Shown here in pieces: positions 1 through 12,669 of a DNA stretch of 64,000 nt. Every line of letters starts with the position of its first letter. Position 1 is the stretch's first letter. The notes below the pieces were generated by a model. That model saw only the letters and a program-made list of their open reading frames with translations, did no database searches and was not told where the DNA came from. A program made the position numbers and the translations under genes. The stretch comes from Laetmonice hystrix (taxonomy: Eukaryota): the NCBI GenBank assembly GCA_965235115.1, contig OZ249440.1, forward strand, positions 35,776,001 through 35,840,000. Direction: 5' to 3'.

Positions 1-1783
1 CCGACATCCCTGGTGCCCTCGATCAGCTGTCATTCATAGACACCGATCATTATATATTCAGCATATAAGCTTCCTAATAGGATGTTGGTGACGACATTGT
101 TTGATGGACATATATGTGTGTTCCGGTCCTTCTCTGACTGGTCGTTAGTGACATCACTCTCCAACTTTAGTAATCCTGTTAGGTACAGTAGCTTTGGAGT
201 CTGTATATATATTCTTGTATATCCTGTTTAACTTCACTCTGCAACCACTCTGCAAATACTCTGTGAACACTTCGCTACTCTGTGCTTGACTTTGCCGGTG
301 ACTCTTATTGAGTCCCGGTAATAAAGTATCTACATCTATCATCGTTTTGCTTCCTCGCGCCATGCCGACGTAAAGAACAGTTAAAGAGACAACCCCGTGT
401 GTATCGGTGACCCGGGAGGCTTCTGCAGAGTCCCTGCCCGGCAAACCCTTACATGCGTATTCTGGCATCACAGGCGGTTCCTATGGATGACAAACGAGAG
501 ACTATGGTTACCCGGTTGAACCTGACGAGGTCACAGGCGGTTTCTATATAGGTACCCAGCCATCCAGTCGGTCGTCCGGCGAGCGGCGACGAGAGCAATT
601 GGTGAGCTGATGACAGTGATTGAGCGAATATTGGGTGATCGGTGTTCAGTGTCTCTCCAGAATCGCGTGAGCGAACACCAACGGACGGCACCCGAGTGTT
701 CCCAGATGTGGACGCGCCAAATCGCAGCGCAATTAAATTCACGGGACATATAGAGTGCCATGTATCTTGGTACTTCTGGTGTTAACATGTATCTTGATTG
801 TATGTATGTACTGTTTTGTGTGCAACAAACAGAAAAAGTTGCATACACTCATTGTTAAGTTGCCTCCTCCCCCTTTCTATGGTAATGAGGATAGGGAGAT
901 GCGAACCATAAATACTCGGTTACCACTTACCTCCCCCCCAGAACGGAAAGTGTAGAGTGTGAAGACGCCTTGTCAAATAGCTCGGGAAAGCCCGGGCGGC
1001 GTCTTCACAAGATAATGGGGGGTTGTGTAAGGAAAATTGGGTCATTTGGTATATTTTAATGTTCGCATATATATTTCAGTGCATATCCGTATATACTCCC
1101 CAATTATCCTTATAAGTAACAAGTTCTCTTGCGTATTTCTCTAGGGATTTCGGGTGTTTAATTGCGACCAGTGATTGGACTATTAACTTATCAACACGTG
1201 GGCGGGCTTCCCTGCACTTAGTCATTTGGTCCTGGCTATGTTGCATCCGGGGTTGTATTTCAGTAACACACGCAGTCACGTGAAAGGCTGGCTGCGTGGC
1301 AACAGCGTCCAAGTCACGTGACAACCCACCCGACATCCCTGGTGCCCTCGATCAGCTGTCATTCAGAGACACCGATCATTATATATTCAGCATATAAGCT
1401 TCCTAATAGGATGCTGGTGACGACATTGTTTGATGGACATATATGTGTGTTCCGGTCCTTCTCTGACTGGTCGTTAGTGACATCACTCTCCAACTTTAGT
1501 AATCCTGTTAGGTACAGTAGCTTTGGAGTCTGTATATATATTCTTGTATATCCTGTTTAACCTCACTCTGCAACCACTCTGCAAATACTCTGTGAACACT
1601 TCGCTACTCTGTGCTTGACTTTGCCGGTGACTCTTATTGAGTCCCGGTAATAAAGTATCTACATCTTATCATCGTTTTGCTTCCTCGCGCCATGCCGACG
1701 TAAAGAACAGTTAAAGAGACAACCCCGTGTGTATCGGTGACCCGGGAGGCTTCTGCAGAGTCCCTGCCCGGCAAACCCTTACA
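1..1783 (+). mobile_element. Non-autonomous LTR element (TRIM-like), copy A; 5' LTR cut by window start
   Basis: Partial 5' LTR 1-453, internal region 454-1025, 3' LTR 1026-1783 with TGTAAGG...CCTTACA termini; PPT-like GATAATGGGGGG just before 1026; followed by CTTA (1784-1787). Confidence 0.9.
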
Positions 1784-2211
1784 CTTATCCTCAGTGAGAA
1801 TCCACCTTCTCCATTTGTTATATAGACCCAACATTAATAATTACGTTATGAAACCATTAGCTCTAACCCATTGTTGCGGCTAGGCTTCGCTGCCGCTGGA
1901 CATTTAATATAGTTGGCCTCCCCCGTATATATATGTATATATATATATATATTACATTATCAGGATAATGGGATTTATTGGAGTTGGAAGGCAGTAATTG
2001 TATGACATAGAGGCCCATGCCACCTAGTAGTAATAAGCTGAACTAGCCACCTAGCGGCAGTTTCGGAGCGGAACTACGGGCCCCAAACTAAGGGGTAATT
2101 GGCCAATCAAATTAAAGCATCACCCTCATTGTTTCTCAACTTTCCTTCGGAACGCACGTACATTCTGTATCGTCTCACGTTCACTTCAATTTTCCGATTT
2201 TTCTTCCCCGG

Positions 2212-2400
2212 ATGCCCTCTACCAGGTTCAAGGGCAGGAGACGCACACGGGTAGATTTTAATTCTATTTTTCAGCAGACTAATGACCAAATTAGAAAGGC
2301 GTCGGCAACAGTTGCAAAGCTACGTTTTTGTCCGATGCGGGGACTTTACAATGACCCACTTTCGTTTCTCTGCCCGGACGGCACACATCTTAATGCATCC
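2212..2400 (+). pseudogene. SGNH-hydrolase-like ORF fragment of retroelement origin (second copy 9448-9636)
   Basis: Peptide RVDFNSIFQQTNDQIRK...RGLYNDPLSFLCPDGTHLN resembles the C-terminal D-x-x-H block of SGNH domains in Ngaro/LINE ORFs. Confidence 0.5.
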
Positions 2401-3899
2401 TTTTGGGGGCATCCGACGCTCAAATCCAGGCTATGGGCCGTTGGAGCAGCTCAGCTTTCCGGAAGTACATACGAATCCCTATGCTAACAGTCAGGTAACT
2501 CCTATTGCATTAGGTACTCCTATCGGTAGGGCCAACTCTAGATCCAGCGGATGGCTGTCTTTTGTTTCGGTCTGCTACCACTCGAGTAACTTGTCAATTC
2601 TATGGGTCCAGCGGTTTGCTGCCCTGGAATAATTGTTACTTAACCATGACAAAACATATTAATGTGTCTATTCGACCCATTGTTCGATGTATGTCCTAAT
2701 GTTACAGATCGTTACCCTTGTATACTGTACTGCCCTGCAAAGCCAGAGTGCAGTAACTCCACTTTCTATCAAAATTGAGATAGTGCACTGGGTGACCTCA
2801 GGAGAACATAATGTTTCATATAATGCCCAATGCATCATGGTGAACTCGCCCTCTATAGGAGAAAATGAGCACTAAAATTTGCAGTAACTCCAAAATGTGC
2901 ATGTGAAACCAATGCAAAATGCAGTAAGTCCACTTACTGCAGTCTGCCTTTGCTGCTTGCATGTGGGCTTGGAGTTACTGCAGTCTGCCTCTGTAACAGA
3001 TTATTTACTTTGTAAGTTACTGCACTTTGCTCCTGTCAAATGGGCGTGCCCCAAATCGAGGCTTGGAGTTGCTGCACTGCACTGCACAGTCACTGTGTGC
3101 TCACGGTGTAGTATCCTGTGTGCATATGGCATGATTGTGTCGAGATGTCCTTTTCAAGCAGGGGCAAAATGATGGTTGAAATGGCCCTAAGGGCCAAGAA
3201 GAGCAGCGGAAGCGGTATGTATTTATATAATAATTTATCAATTACAATGTAGCATGATGAAGCATTGTTGGTAGTGGCAACATTGACATGGGCCGGCCCA
3301 GTTTAGGTAGGCTTGTGATGGCTAGAACATGATGTTGGCATCCTAACTTAATTTTCAGGGTTTCATCTGTTTTTGAGGCCTACCTAGGGCATTTACGTAT
3401 TTTACCAACTTGTTGTACAGTTTATATCATCATTCATCAAGCAGCTGGTGCTTTAGTGAGGGACTCTGGTGCCGCTAGGTGTCTCGCCTAGTGGTCCTGA
3501 ACGTCAAATGAATACTTCATGACGCCGGATGGACAGGCTAGCCAGGTCATCACAGAACTACATATGAAAGTGTGCAGCTATTTTGACGCCACATATGCGC
3601 AGAGGCACGTGGGACCGGCTAAGAGATACCATCTGGTGGCGTGAACGGCTTTCATTGTTTAAAATAATCAATTGTACCGTTTTATTGCAGGGCTGCCAGT
3701 AACAACTAATGGTAGGGATCCCCAACCAGCAGAAAAAAGGCCACCGCGACAAAATCATACCATGCAAGGTAGGCAGGACATATGATTTACTGAAACCACA
3801 GTGTATCTGTTCAATTATTAATATTTTACCGATGGTAGTTACCCAGCCAGCATGCATACGTCTTTATGACGTCATTATCTGGTGTCAAGTGGTCACACT

Positions 3900-4250
3900 G
3901 GTCATCTGGTCACATGTTGACCAGTTTTTGACGTGAGAATCACGTCAGAATGTGACGGGTTTTTCTAACCAGATTATGACGTGAAAATGACGTGAGGATT
4001 TCAACTTGTTTTTGACCACTTCCAGTTAATGACGTCATAATCACGTAGCAATTTTCCCATATTGTGACAGTTTTTTTTTACCAGATTGTGACGTGAAAAT
4101 AACGTAAGGATTTTAACATGTTCATGACCACTTCGAGTTAATGACGTCATATTCACGTCGCAATTTTCCCAGTTTTACCCAAAGCTGCGGACCAAATTTT
4201 ACATGAAAATCACGTGAAATTGATGTGAACGTCATGTGAAGTTGACGAAT
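3900..4250. repeat. ~112-bp tandem repeat rich in GACGT/CACGT motifs (probable MITE subterminal repeat)
   Basis: CCAGATT(A/G)TGACGTGAAAAT at 3969 and 4081; TTAATGACGTCATA repeated. Confidence 0.65.
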
Positions 4251-4660
4251 ATTAAGTATTCCCCTTAATTTTGGGAAACAGAAATAAAATTAACAAATCT
4301 AAAAATATTAGATATTATTTGAAATATCAGGGATTCATCTAGTGCAAAGATTGGAATTGCAAATTGTCAGTGTTGCGGACTGTAGCGAATAAACGTTAAG
4401 GACGTTCTGTTTTCACAGACCATTACATTACAGCTGTTCCGCCAGTATGTATTTACCCAAGAGAGATCCCCATTTGTGGAACTCTACATTTCTAATGTAG
4501 TTTGTTCTGAAACAATTTTTTGACACCGGGCTTCAGCCTAAGTGCTCATTTTTGATCTCCCTCTGGGATTGTATCAGAAATGATGACGGCTGGCCCTGCT
4601 CTTCTAATAGGAGAGCCTGCTTAGCTAATGCCTATAGTTTTCCTTTTTTTTCTATTGTAG

Positions 4661-5694
4661 GCAGCATCAGGGAACATGATTCTCCCAGCACAGACCTCAT
4701 CAGGGTGCAGAATGAAAATATCAACCTTACTGAGACTTTCGATGATTTGCTGTCCACAGATTCGCAAGCTGAAGAACAAGTGGAGGTGTTGTTCTTTGAT
4801 GATACAGATGTAGGTCTTGAAGTACAGGTAGAACTTGAGGAAAGTGTGAATCCAGGTATACTTGAACTGGCTGATGTTGTCACCAAAAAGCAGACGGTTG
4901 GTGAACTGGAAATGGAAGTGCTAGATGATGCACCTGCAGAGGTAGACGGTGATCTGCTGGACCCCGATTATAGACCTCCAGAAGAACCAACTACTGCCAG
5001 TGAAGACAGCGATGACCATGCAACAGAAGAGTTTAATGAAGGCCAGCGACCGGCTAAAGAGCTGAAAACTGCCCCATTATTAAGGCCAGGCTGTGGGGAC
5101 AAATGTCGGAAGAAATGTTCCACTAAAATAACTGTTGACCGGCGAAAGGAAATTTTGAACAGTTACTACAAGCTCAACCACAACCAAAAACGTGCCCTAA
5201 TATTCAAACACGTGTGGAGCATTGATAAATGCCGCACCAGAATAGACGGTGAACACGTTAGCAGACGAAGTAAGACATATGAGTACACACTGACAGACAG
5301 CAGTGGAAAGCAGCAGAGTGTGTGCAAACCATTTTTTCTCACGACTCTTGGGTATCATCCCAAAAACGATCGGCTTGTGACAACTGTCATGACAACAACA
5401 GAACCAGGTGCTGCAGTAGTGTCCTCAGATCAGCGAGGCAGACATTCTCCACATAACAAACGCTCTGGAGTAGATATAAAACAGCCCATTGAGTCATTTC
5501 ATACTACAATCAGTCACTACCGGCGGGAACATGCGCCAAATAGGCGGTACTTGCCAAGTGATTGTTCAATCAAATTCATGTATCGTGACTTCAAGGAAAA
5601 GGCGGGTGAGGAGGGCAAATGTAGCTATGAGACCTATCGGAAGGTTGTAGAGATGAATATTAGCTTTGTGAAACTGGGGTGTAGTTTTCGATAG
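4661..5694 (+). pseudogene. Truncated Sola1-like DNA transposase, N-terminal part
   Basis: ORF 4552-5694 with probable acceptor at 4660; motifs CGDKCRKKC, VCKPFFLTTLG, DQRGRH, ISHYRREHAPNRRYLP, SYETYRKV...NISF; cut off at ~5686 by the LRR repeat unit, before any catalytic core. Confidence 0.7.
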
Positions 5695-5751
5695 AAGAAC
5701 ATGTAGAGTGAATCAAAGATCTATGAATGATCATTCATCTCCTCATTACAG

Positions 5752-5832
5752 TCTTGATTACAACGACATCGGTGAGGCAGGAACAGAGCTGCTCCGTGCC
5801 CCACAGCAGAGTCCCTCACTGAAACGTCTTGA
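5752..5832 (+). CDS. LRR exon (RI/NLR type), copy 1
   Basis: ttacag|81 nt|gtaagt, symmetric phase 2; encodes LDYNDIGEAGTELLRAPQQSPSLKRL. Confidence 0.7.
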
Positions 5833-6716
5833 GTAAGTAGGACCTACAAGTTAACATCGCTGAGTGTACGCCGAGTGTAGGCTTTAAATGTGAGTCCAGG
5901 CGCCAGGAGGCAATGTGTGCTGGGCGCCACCTTGTGTTGGGTTCTATTACTAATGTGTTGGGTTCTATTACTAGTGTTCTAACAGGCCCTTATCCTCAGT
6001 GAGAATCCACCTTCTCCATTTGTTATATAGACCCCACATTAATAATGACGTTCTAAAACCATTAGCTCTTACCCATGTTGTTCTGCAAACGTTTTTATTT
6101 TGGCAGCATGATAGACAACAATATCCCAGTCACTGAGGGAGTTCGGGGCCGGCTGACTGTCCTGAGGGTGGTATCTGATAGTATATGATAGTAGTCGTCT
6201 GGTTGGGATAGTGAGTGAGTGAGTAGTGGTAGTTTTGTGCCGTGTCGGCATCTGGGGCCATCTTCACAGTGAAAACAGAGTTAAAAGACCATAAAATTAA
6301 AGGAACCTATTCTATCCCGGGTCCCAACGGGAATATCATTGAACCGCACTCCATCCTGTCAGATGCTTTGTTGGTTATAAACATTCTGATATCATGGTGA
6401 TTTTTATCATGATTTCCGCTTACGGGATTCATATTAAACAGCTTTCCCCTAGATACAGGCTGGTTATTCGTATAGCAAGTGGTTATAGTCCATAGTCGGC
6501 CTAGCTCTTGCAGGGAAATAAAGAACCACACCCTACCCCACGCGCGATAGCTGAAACCTTATAATTATAGATTTCGATAGAAGAACATGTAGAGTGAATC
6601 AAAGATCTATGAATGATCATTCATCGGTCTTTGAGTGAACTAACCCCCTGTAGCCCTCCAAAGTCCTATCCCCAGAAAGATAGGATATGTTACTCTATCA
6701 CATCTCCTCATTACAG

Positions 6717-6797
6717 TCTTGATTACAACGACATCGGTGAGGCAGGAACAGAGCTGCTCCGTGCTGCACAGCAGAGTCCCTCACTGAAACGTCTTGA
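6717..6797 (+). CDS. LRR exon (RI/NLR type), copy 2
   Basis: ttacag|81 nt|gtaaat; LDYNDIGEAGTELLRAAQQSPSLKRL; 965 bp after copy 1. Confidence 0.7.
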
Positions 6798-6936
6798 GTA
6801 AATAGGACCTACAACTTAACATCGCTGAGTGTACGCCGAGTGTAGGCTTTAAATGTGAGTTCAGGCGCCAGGAGGCAATGTGTGCTGGGCGCCACCTTGT
6901 GTTGGGTTCTATTACTAGTGTTCTAACAGGCCCTTA

Positions 6937-9023
6937 TGTAAGGAAAATTGGGTCATTTGGTATATTTTAATGTTCGCATATATATTTCAGTGCATATCCG
7001 TATATACTCCCCAATTATCCTTATAAGTAACAAGTTCTCTTGCGTATTTCTCTAGGGATTTCGGGTGTTTAATTGCGACCAGTGATTGGACTAATAACTT
7101 ATCAACACGTGGGCGGGCTTCCCTGCACTTAGTCATTTGGTCCTGGCTATGTTGCATCCGGGGTTGTATTTCAGTAACACACGCAGTCACGTGAAAGGCT
7201 GGCTGCGTGGCAACAGCGTCCAAGTCACGTGACAACCCACCCGACATCCCTGGTGCCCTCGATCAGCTGTCATTCATAGACACCGATCATTATATATTCA
7301 GCATATAAGCTTCCTAATAGGATGTTGGTGACGACATTGTTTGATGGACATATATGTGTGTTCCGGTCCTTCTCTGACTGGTCGTTAGTGACATCACTCT
7401 CCAACTTTAGTAATCCTGTTAGGTACAGTAGCTTTGGAGTCTGTATATATATTCTTGTATATCCTGTTTAACTTCACTCTGCAACCACTCTGCAAATACT
7501 CTGTGAACACTTCGCTACTCTGTGCTTGACTTTGCCGGTGACTCTTATTGAGTCCCGGTAATAAAGTATCTACATCTATTATCGTTTTGCTTCCTCGCGC
7601 CATGCCGACGTAAAGAACAGTTAAAGAGACAACCCCGTGTGTATCGGTGACCCGGGAGGCTTCTGCAGAGTCCCTGCCCGGCAAACCCTTACATGCGTAT
7701 TCTGGCGTCACAGGCGGTTCCTATGGATGACAAACGAGAGACTATGGTTACCCGGTTGAACCTGACGAGGTCACAGGCGGTTTCTATATAGGTACCCAGC
7801 CATCCAGTCGGTCGTCCGGCGAGCGGCGACGAGAGCAATTGGTGAGCTGATGACAGTGATTGAGCGAATATTGGGTGATCGGTGTTCAGTGTCTCTCCAG
7901 AATCGCGTGAGCGAACACCAACGGACGGCACCCGAGTGTTCCCAGATGTGGACGCGCCAAATCGCAGCGCAATTAAATTCACGGGACATATAGAGTGCCA
8001 TGTATCTTGGTACTTCTGGTGTTAACATGTATCTTGATTGTATGTATGTACTGTTTTGTGTGCAACAAACAGAAAAAGTTGCACACACTCATTGTTAAGT
8101 TGCCTCCTCCCCCTTTCTATGGTAATGAGGATAGGGAGATGCGAACCATAAATACTCGGTTACCACTTACCTCCCCCCCAGAACGGAAAGTGTAGAGTGT
8201 GAAGACGCCTTGTCAAATAGCTCGGGAAAGCCCAGGCGGCGTCTTCACAAGATAATGGGGGGTTGTGTAAGGAAAATTGGGTCATTTGGTATATTTTAAT
8301 GTTCGCATATATATTTCAGTGCATATCCGTATATACTCCCCAATTATCCTTATAAGTAACAAGTTCTCTTGCGTATTTCTCTAGGGATTTCGGGTGTTTA
8401 ATTGCGACCAGTGATTGGACTAATAACTTATCAACACGTGGGCGGGCTTCCCTGCACTTAGTCATTTGGTCCTGGCTATGTTGCATCCGGGGTTGTATTT
8501 CAGTAACACACGCAGTCACGTGAAAGGCTGGCTGCGTGGCAACAGCGTCCAAGTCACGTGACAACCCACCCGACATCCCTGGTGCCCTCGATCAGCTGTC
8601 ATTCATAGACACCGATCATTATATATTCAGCATATAAGCTTTCTAATAGGATGCTGGTGACGACATTGTTTGATGAACATATATGTGTGTTCCGGTCCTT
8701 CTCTGACTGGTCGTTAGTGACATCACTCTCCAACTTTAGTAATCCTGTTAGGTACAGTAGCTTTGGAGTCTGTATATATATTCTTGTATATCCTGTTTAA
8801 CTTCACTCTGCAACCACTCTGCAAATACTCTGTGAACACTTCGCTACTCTGTGCTTGACTTTGCCGGTGACTCTTATTGAGTCCCGGTAATAAAGTATCT
8901 ACATCTTATCATCGTTTTGCTTCCTCGCGCCATGCCGACGTAAAGAACAGTTAAAGAGACAACCCCGTGTGTATCGGTGACCCGGGAGGCTTCTGCAGAG
9001 TCCCTGCCCGGCAAACCCTTACA
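6937..9023 (+). mobile_element. Non-autonomous LTR element (TRIM-like), complete copy B, 2087 bp
   Basis: LTRs 6937-7693 and 8266-9023 (TGTAAGG...CCTTACA); 572-bp internal region; PBS-like TGGCGTCAC at ~7703; PPT before 8266; 4-bp TSD CTTA (6933-6936 and 9024-9027); empty paralogous site GGCCCTTATCC at ~5985-5995. Confidence 0.95.
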
Positions 9024-9111
9024 CTTATCCTCAGTGAGAATCCACCTTCTCCATTTGTTATATAGACCCAACATTAATAATTACGTTATGAAACCATTAG
9101 CTCTAACCCAT

Positions 9112-11114
9112 TGTTGCGGCTAGGCTTCGCTGCCGCTGGACATTTAATATAGTTGGCCTCCCCCGTATATATATGTATATATATATATTACATTATCAGG
9201 ATAATGGGATTTATTGGAGTTGGAAGGCAGTAATTGTATGACATAGAGGCCCATGCCACCTGGTAGTAATAAGCTGAACTAGCCACCTAGCGGCAGTTTC
9301 GGAGCGGAACTACGGGCCCCAAACTAAGGGGTAATTGGCCAATCAAATTAAAGCATCACCCTCATTGTTTCTCAACTTTCCTTCGGAACGCACATACATT
9401 CTGTATCGTCTCACGTTCACTTCAATTTTCCGATTTTTCTTCCCCGGATGCCCTCTACCAGGTTCAAGGGCAGGAGATGCACACGGGTAGATTTTAATTC
9501 TATTTTTCAGCAGATTAATGACCAAATTAGAAAGGCGTTGGCAACAGTTGCAAAGCTATGTTTTTGTCCGATGCAGGGACTTTACAATGACCCACTTTCG
9601 TTTCTCTGCCCGGACGGCACACATCTTAATGCATCCTTTTGGGGGCATCCGACGCTCAAATCCAGGCTATGGGCCGTTGGAGCAGCTCAGCTTTCCGGAA
9701 GTACATACGAATCCCTATGCTAACAGTCAGGTAACTCATATTGCATTAGGTACTTCTATCGGTAGGGCCAACTCTAGATCCAGCGGATGGCTGTCTTTTG
9801 TTTCGGTCTGCTACCACTCGAGTAACTTGTCAATTCTATGGGTCCAGCGGTTTGCTGCCCTGGAATAATTGTTACTTAACCATGAAAAAAAAAAATATTA
9901 ATGTGTCTATTCGACCCATTGTTCGATGTATGTCCTAATGTTACAGATCGTTACCCTTGTACACTGTAGTCTTAAGTTTATCATTGTACCGAAAGTGGGC
10001 TAGGGAATCCAGCAGCTTGCCATTCCCTCTGTTATGCCCAGTGTTGCTTGAATATAAGGGTAAACGGTGAGTATGGGGCGGTCTTTCAGACTGTTGGTAT
10101 GTTGCTACCCCATCTTTGCTAAATTTCTCGTTGTAAACCATTAATGTTTACTGACACTATGTGGTATTGTCAGTAGTGGTTTCTAGGCAAACAATGTATT
10201 GAAGGTTACATCCACATTTTGCCTACCGGGCTCAAGACCCATTTTTGTATTTTCATTCATTGTCATTATTAAATGACCATTATAACAACAAACACCCTGA
10301 CTCGTGTTAACTCAATTTAGCAAACTAGCTAGGTCGTTTTCTCACCGTACATAATACAATAAATGTTATTACTGTAAACCTTATTACGTTAGTATAGTCG
10401 AATCCTTGTGCTCGTTTATATTCCCTTAAGGATGGGCAGCTTGGATGTTATGTATATATTTAATCATGTAGTTGCTGGAGTATTGGGTTCCCTTAAGTCA
10501 GACGCTGGTTCGGTGCCGGATCCGGGTTTGCGCGCCGGCCGTCACCTCCCAAGTTGTATAATGGTCGTATAGATACCGTTGTCATGGTGAGTTGACACCG
10601 ACACGTACACAGCGTCTTCCGTCCGTGTTGGCCTCCATGGCGGACCCCCAGCTGGGCGAGCGGTGTCACTAGGAGCCGCGGGATCCAGACACTGACCGAC
10701 CGGTGACACGATGTCATCTTGTAGGTCCGTGTCGGTCACCGCAGCCACCGGGGTCCACTGCTGGCAAAGCGGAGGGGGTGGAATTCCGGGCCGGGATGCT
10801 GACGCGGACGGAGTTTGATATATATATGGGGACCGAATAGTTACTCATTTGACACTCATTGACTCCACTCCTACTCTGGGAGTTAGTTACTTACTCATCT
10901 TCGAGTGAGTGAGTTGTTCTCAGTCGGGTCAGTTTAGCATGAGGTTCAGCCTCTCGGCTAGTTGAGTATCCCGCGATACTCCGTATATGTATGCGTCTGA
11001 GAATACAATGATCACCACCGCCAGCCGTCTTTGACTTGTCTTCACTGGGGTACATGGTACGGTAATCCCCCCGTCTCCCTCCTACCTCCGCCTCTCCAGG
11101 GTGGGTCCACCACA
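9112..11114. mobile_element. ~2-kb insertion with TGT...ACA ends (solo-LTR-like or composite)
   Basis: Absent from the paralogous unit at ~6070 (ACCCATGTTGTTCTG); flanks CCCAT and CCCT suggest a decayed TSD; an alternative LTR start TGTGGT at 10160 would pair with ACCACA at 11114. Confidence 0.55.
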
Positions 11115-12669
11115 CCCTGTTGTTCTGCAAGCGTTTTTATTTTGGCAGCATGATAGACAACAATATCCCAGTCACTGAGGGAGTTCGGGGCCGGCTGACT
11201 GTCCTGAGGTTGGTATCTGATAGTATATGATAGTAGTCGTCTGGTTGGGATAGTGAGTGAGTGAGTAGTGGTAGTTTTGTGCCGTGTCGGCATCTGGGGC
11301 CATCTTCACAGTGAAAACAGAGTTAAAAGACCATAAAATTAAAGGAACCTATTCTATCCCGGGTCCCAACGGGAATATCTTTGAAACACACTCCATCCTG
11401 TCAGATGCTTTGTTGGTTAAAAACATTCTGATATCGTGGCGATTTTTATCACGATTTCCGCTTACAGGATCCATATTACACAGCTTTCCCCTATATACAG
11501 GCTGGTGATTCGTATAGCAAGTGGTAACAGTCCGAAGTCGGCCTAGCTCTTGCAGGGAAAGGAAGAACCACACCCTACCCCACGCGCGATAGTTGAAACC
11601 TTATAATTATAGATTTCGATAGAAGAACATGTAGAGTGAATCAAAGATCTATGAATGATCATTCATCGGTCTTTGAGTGAACTAACCCCCTGTAGCCCTC
11701 CAAAGTCCTATCCCCAGAAAGATAGGATATGTTACTCTATCACATCTCCTCATTACAGTCTTGATTACAACGACATCGGTGAGGCAGGAACAGAGCTGAT
11801 CCGTGCCGTACAGCAGAGTTCAGGGCCGGCTGACTGTCCTGAGGTCGGTATCTGATAGTATATGATAGTAGTCGTTTGGTTGGGATAGTGAGTGAGTGAG
11901 TAGTGGTGGTATTGCGCAGTGTCGGCATCCGGGGCCATCTTCACGCGAAAACAGAGTTAAAAGACCATAAAATGTAAGGAACCTATTCCATCCCGGGCCC
12001 CAACGGGAATATCTTTGAAACACACTCCATCCTGTCAGATGCTTTGTTGGTTATAAACATTCTGATATCATGGTGATTTTTATCACGATTTCCGCTTATA
12101 GGATCCATATTACATGGCTTTCCCCTATATACAGGCTGGTGATTCGTACAGCAAGTGGTGATAGTCCGAAGTCGGCCTAGCTCTTGCAGGGAAAGGAAGA
12201 ACCACGCCCTACCCCACGCGCGATAGTTGAAACCTTATAATTATAGTTTCCAATAGAAGAACATGTAGAGTGAACCATATGAATGATCATTCATCGGTCT
12301 TTGAGTGAACTAACCCCCTGTAGCCCTCCAAAGTCCTATCCCCAGAAAGATAGGATATGTTACTCTATCACATCTCCTCATTACAGTCTTGATTACAACG
12401 ACATCGGTGAGGCAGGAACAGAGCTGATCTGTGCCGTACAGCACAGGAGAGTCGCTCACTGAAACGTCTTGAGTAAGTAGGACCTACAACTTAACATTGC
12501 TGAGTGAGTAGTGGTGGTATTGCGCAGTGTCGGCATCCGGGGCCATCTTCAGGGCGAAAACAGAGTTAAAAGACCATAAAATTAAAGGAACCTGTTTTAT
12601 CCCGGGTCCCAACGGAAATATCATTAAAACACACTCCATCCTGTCAGCCCAACAGGGCTGTGGACGAGC

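Larger units (their letters stand above)
1..2729 (+). repeat. Local segmental duplication, near-identical to 7241-9968
   Basis: Colinear match at offset 7240 covering the LTR element and the downstream flank; similarity ends at ...GTTACCCTTGTA(T/C)ACTGTA. Confidence 0.92.
5686..12650 (+). repeat. Tandem ~1-kb exon+intron unit carrying the LRR exon (4 exon copies), interrupted by insertions
   Basis: Blocks such as TTTCGATAGAAGAACATGTAGAGTG and CAGAGTTAAAAGACCATAAAA recur near 5.7, 6.3, 6.6, 11.3, 11.6, 11.9, 12.2 and 12.6 kb, with a diverged piece at ~15.7-15.95 kb. Exon copy at 11759 is truncated; copy at 12387-12472 is 86 nt (frameshifted). Confidence 0.8.

Noticed and set aside
454..1025. 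Hammerhead ribozyme / retrozyme in the small LTR element
   Set aside because: CTGACGA (~522) and CTGATGA (~607) are present but are not followed by a stem II and GAAA core.
154..1834. Minus-strand ORFs within the LTRs
   Set aside because: They recur only because the LTRs are duplicated; no protein motifs, and a 1-nt indel between LTRs changes the frame.
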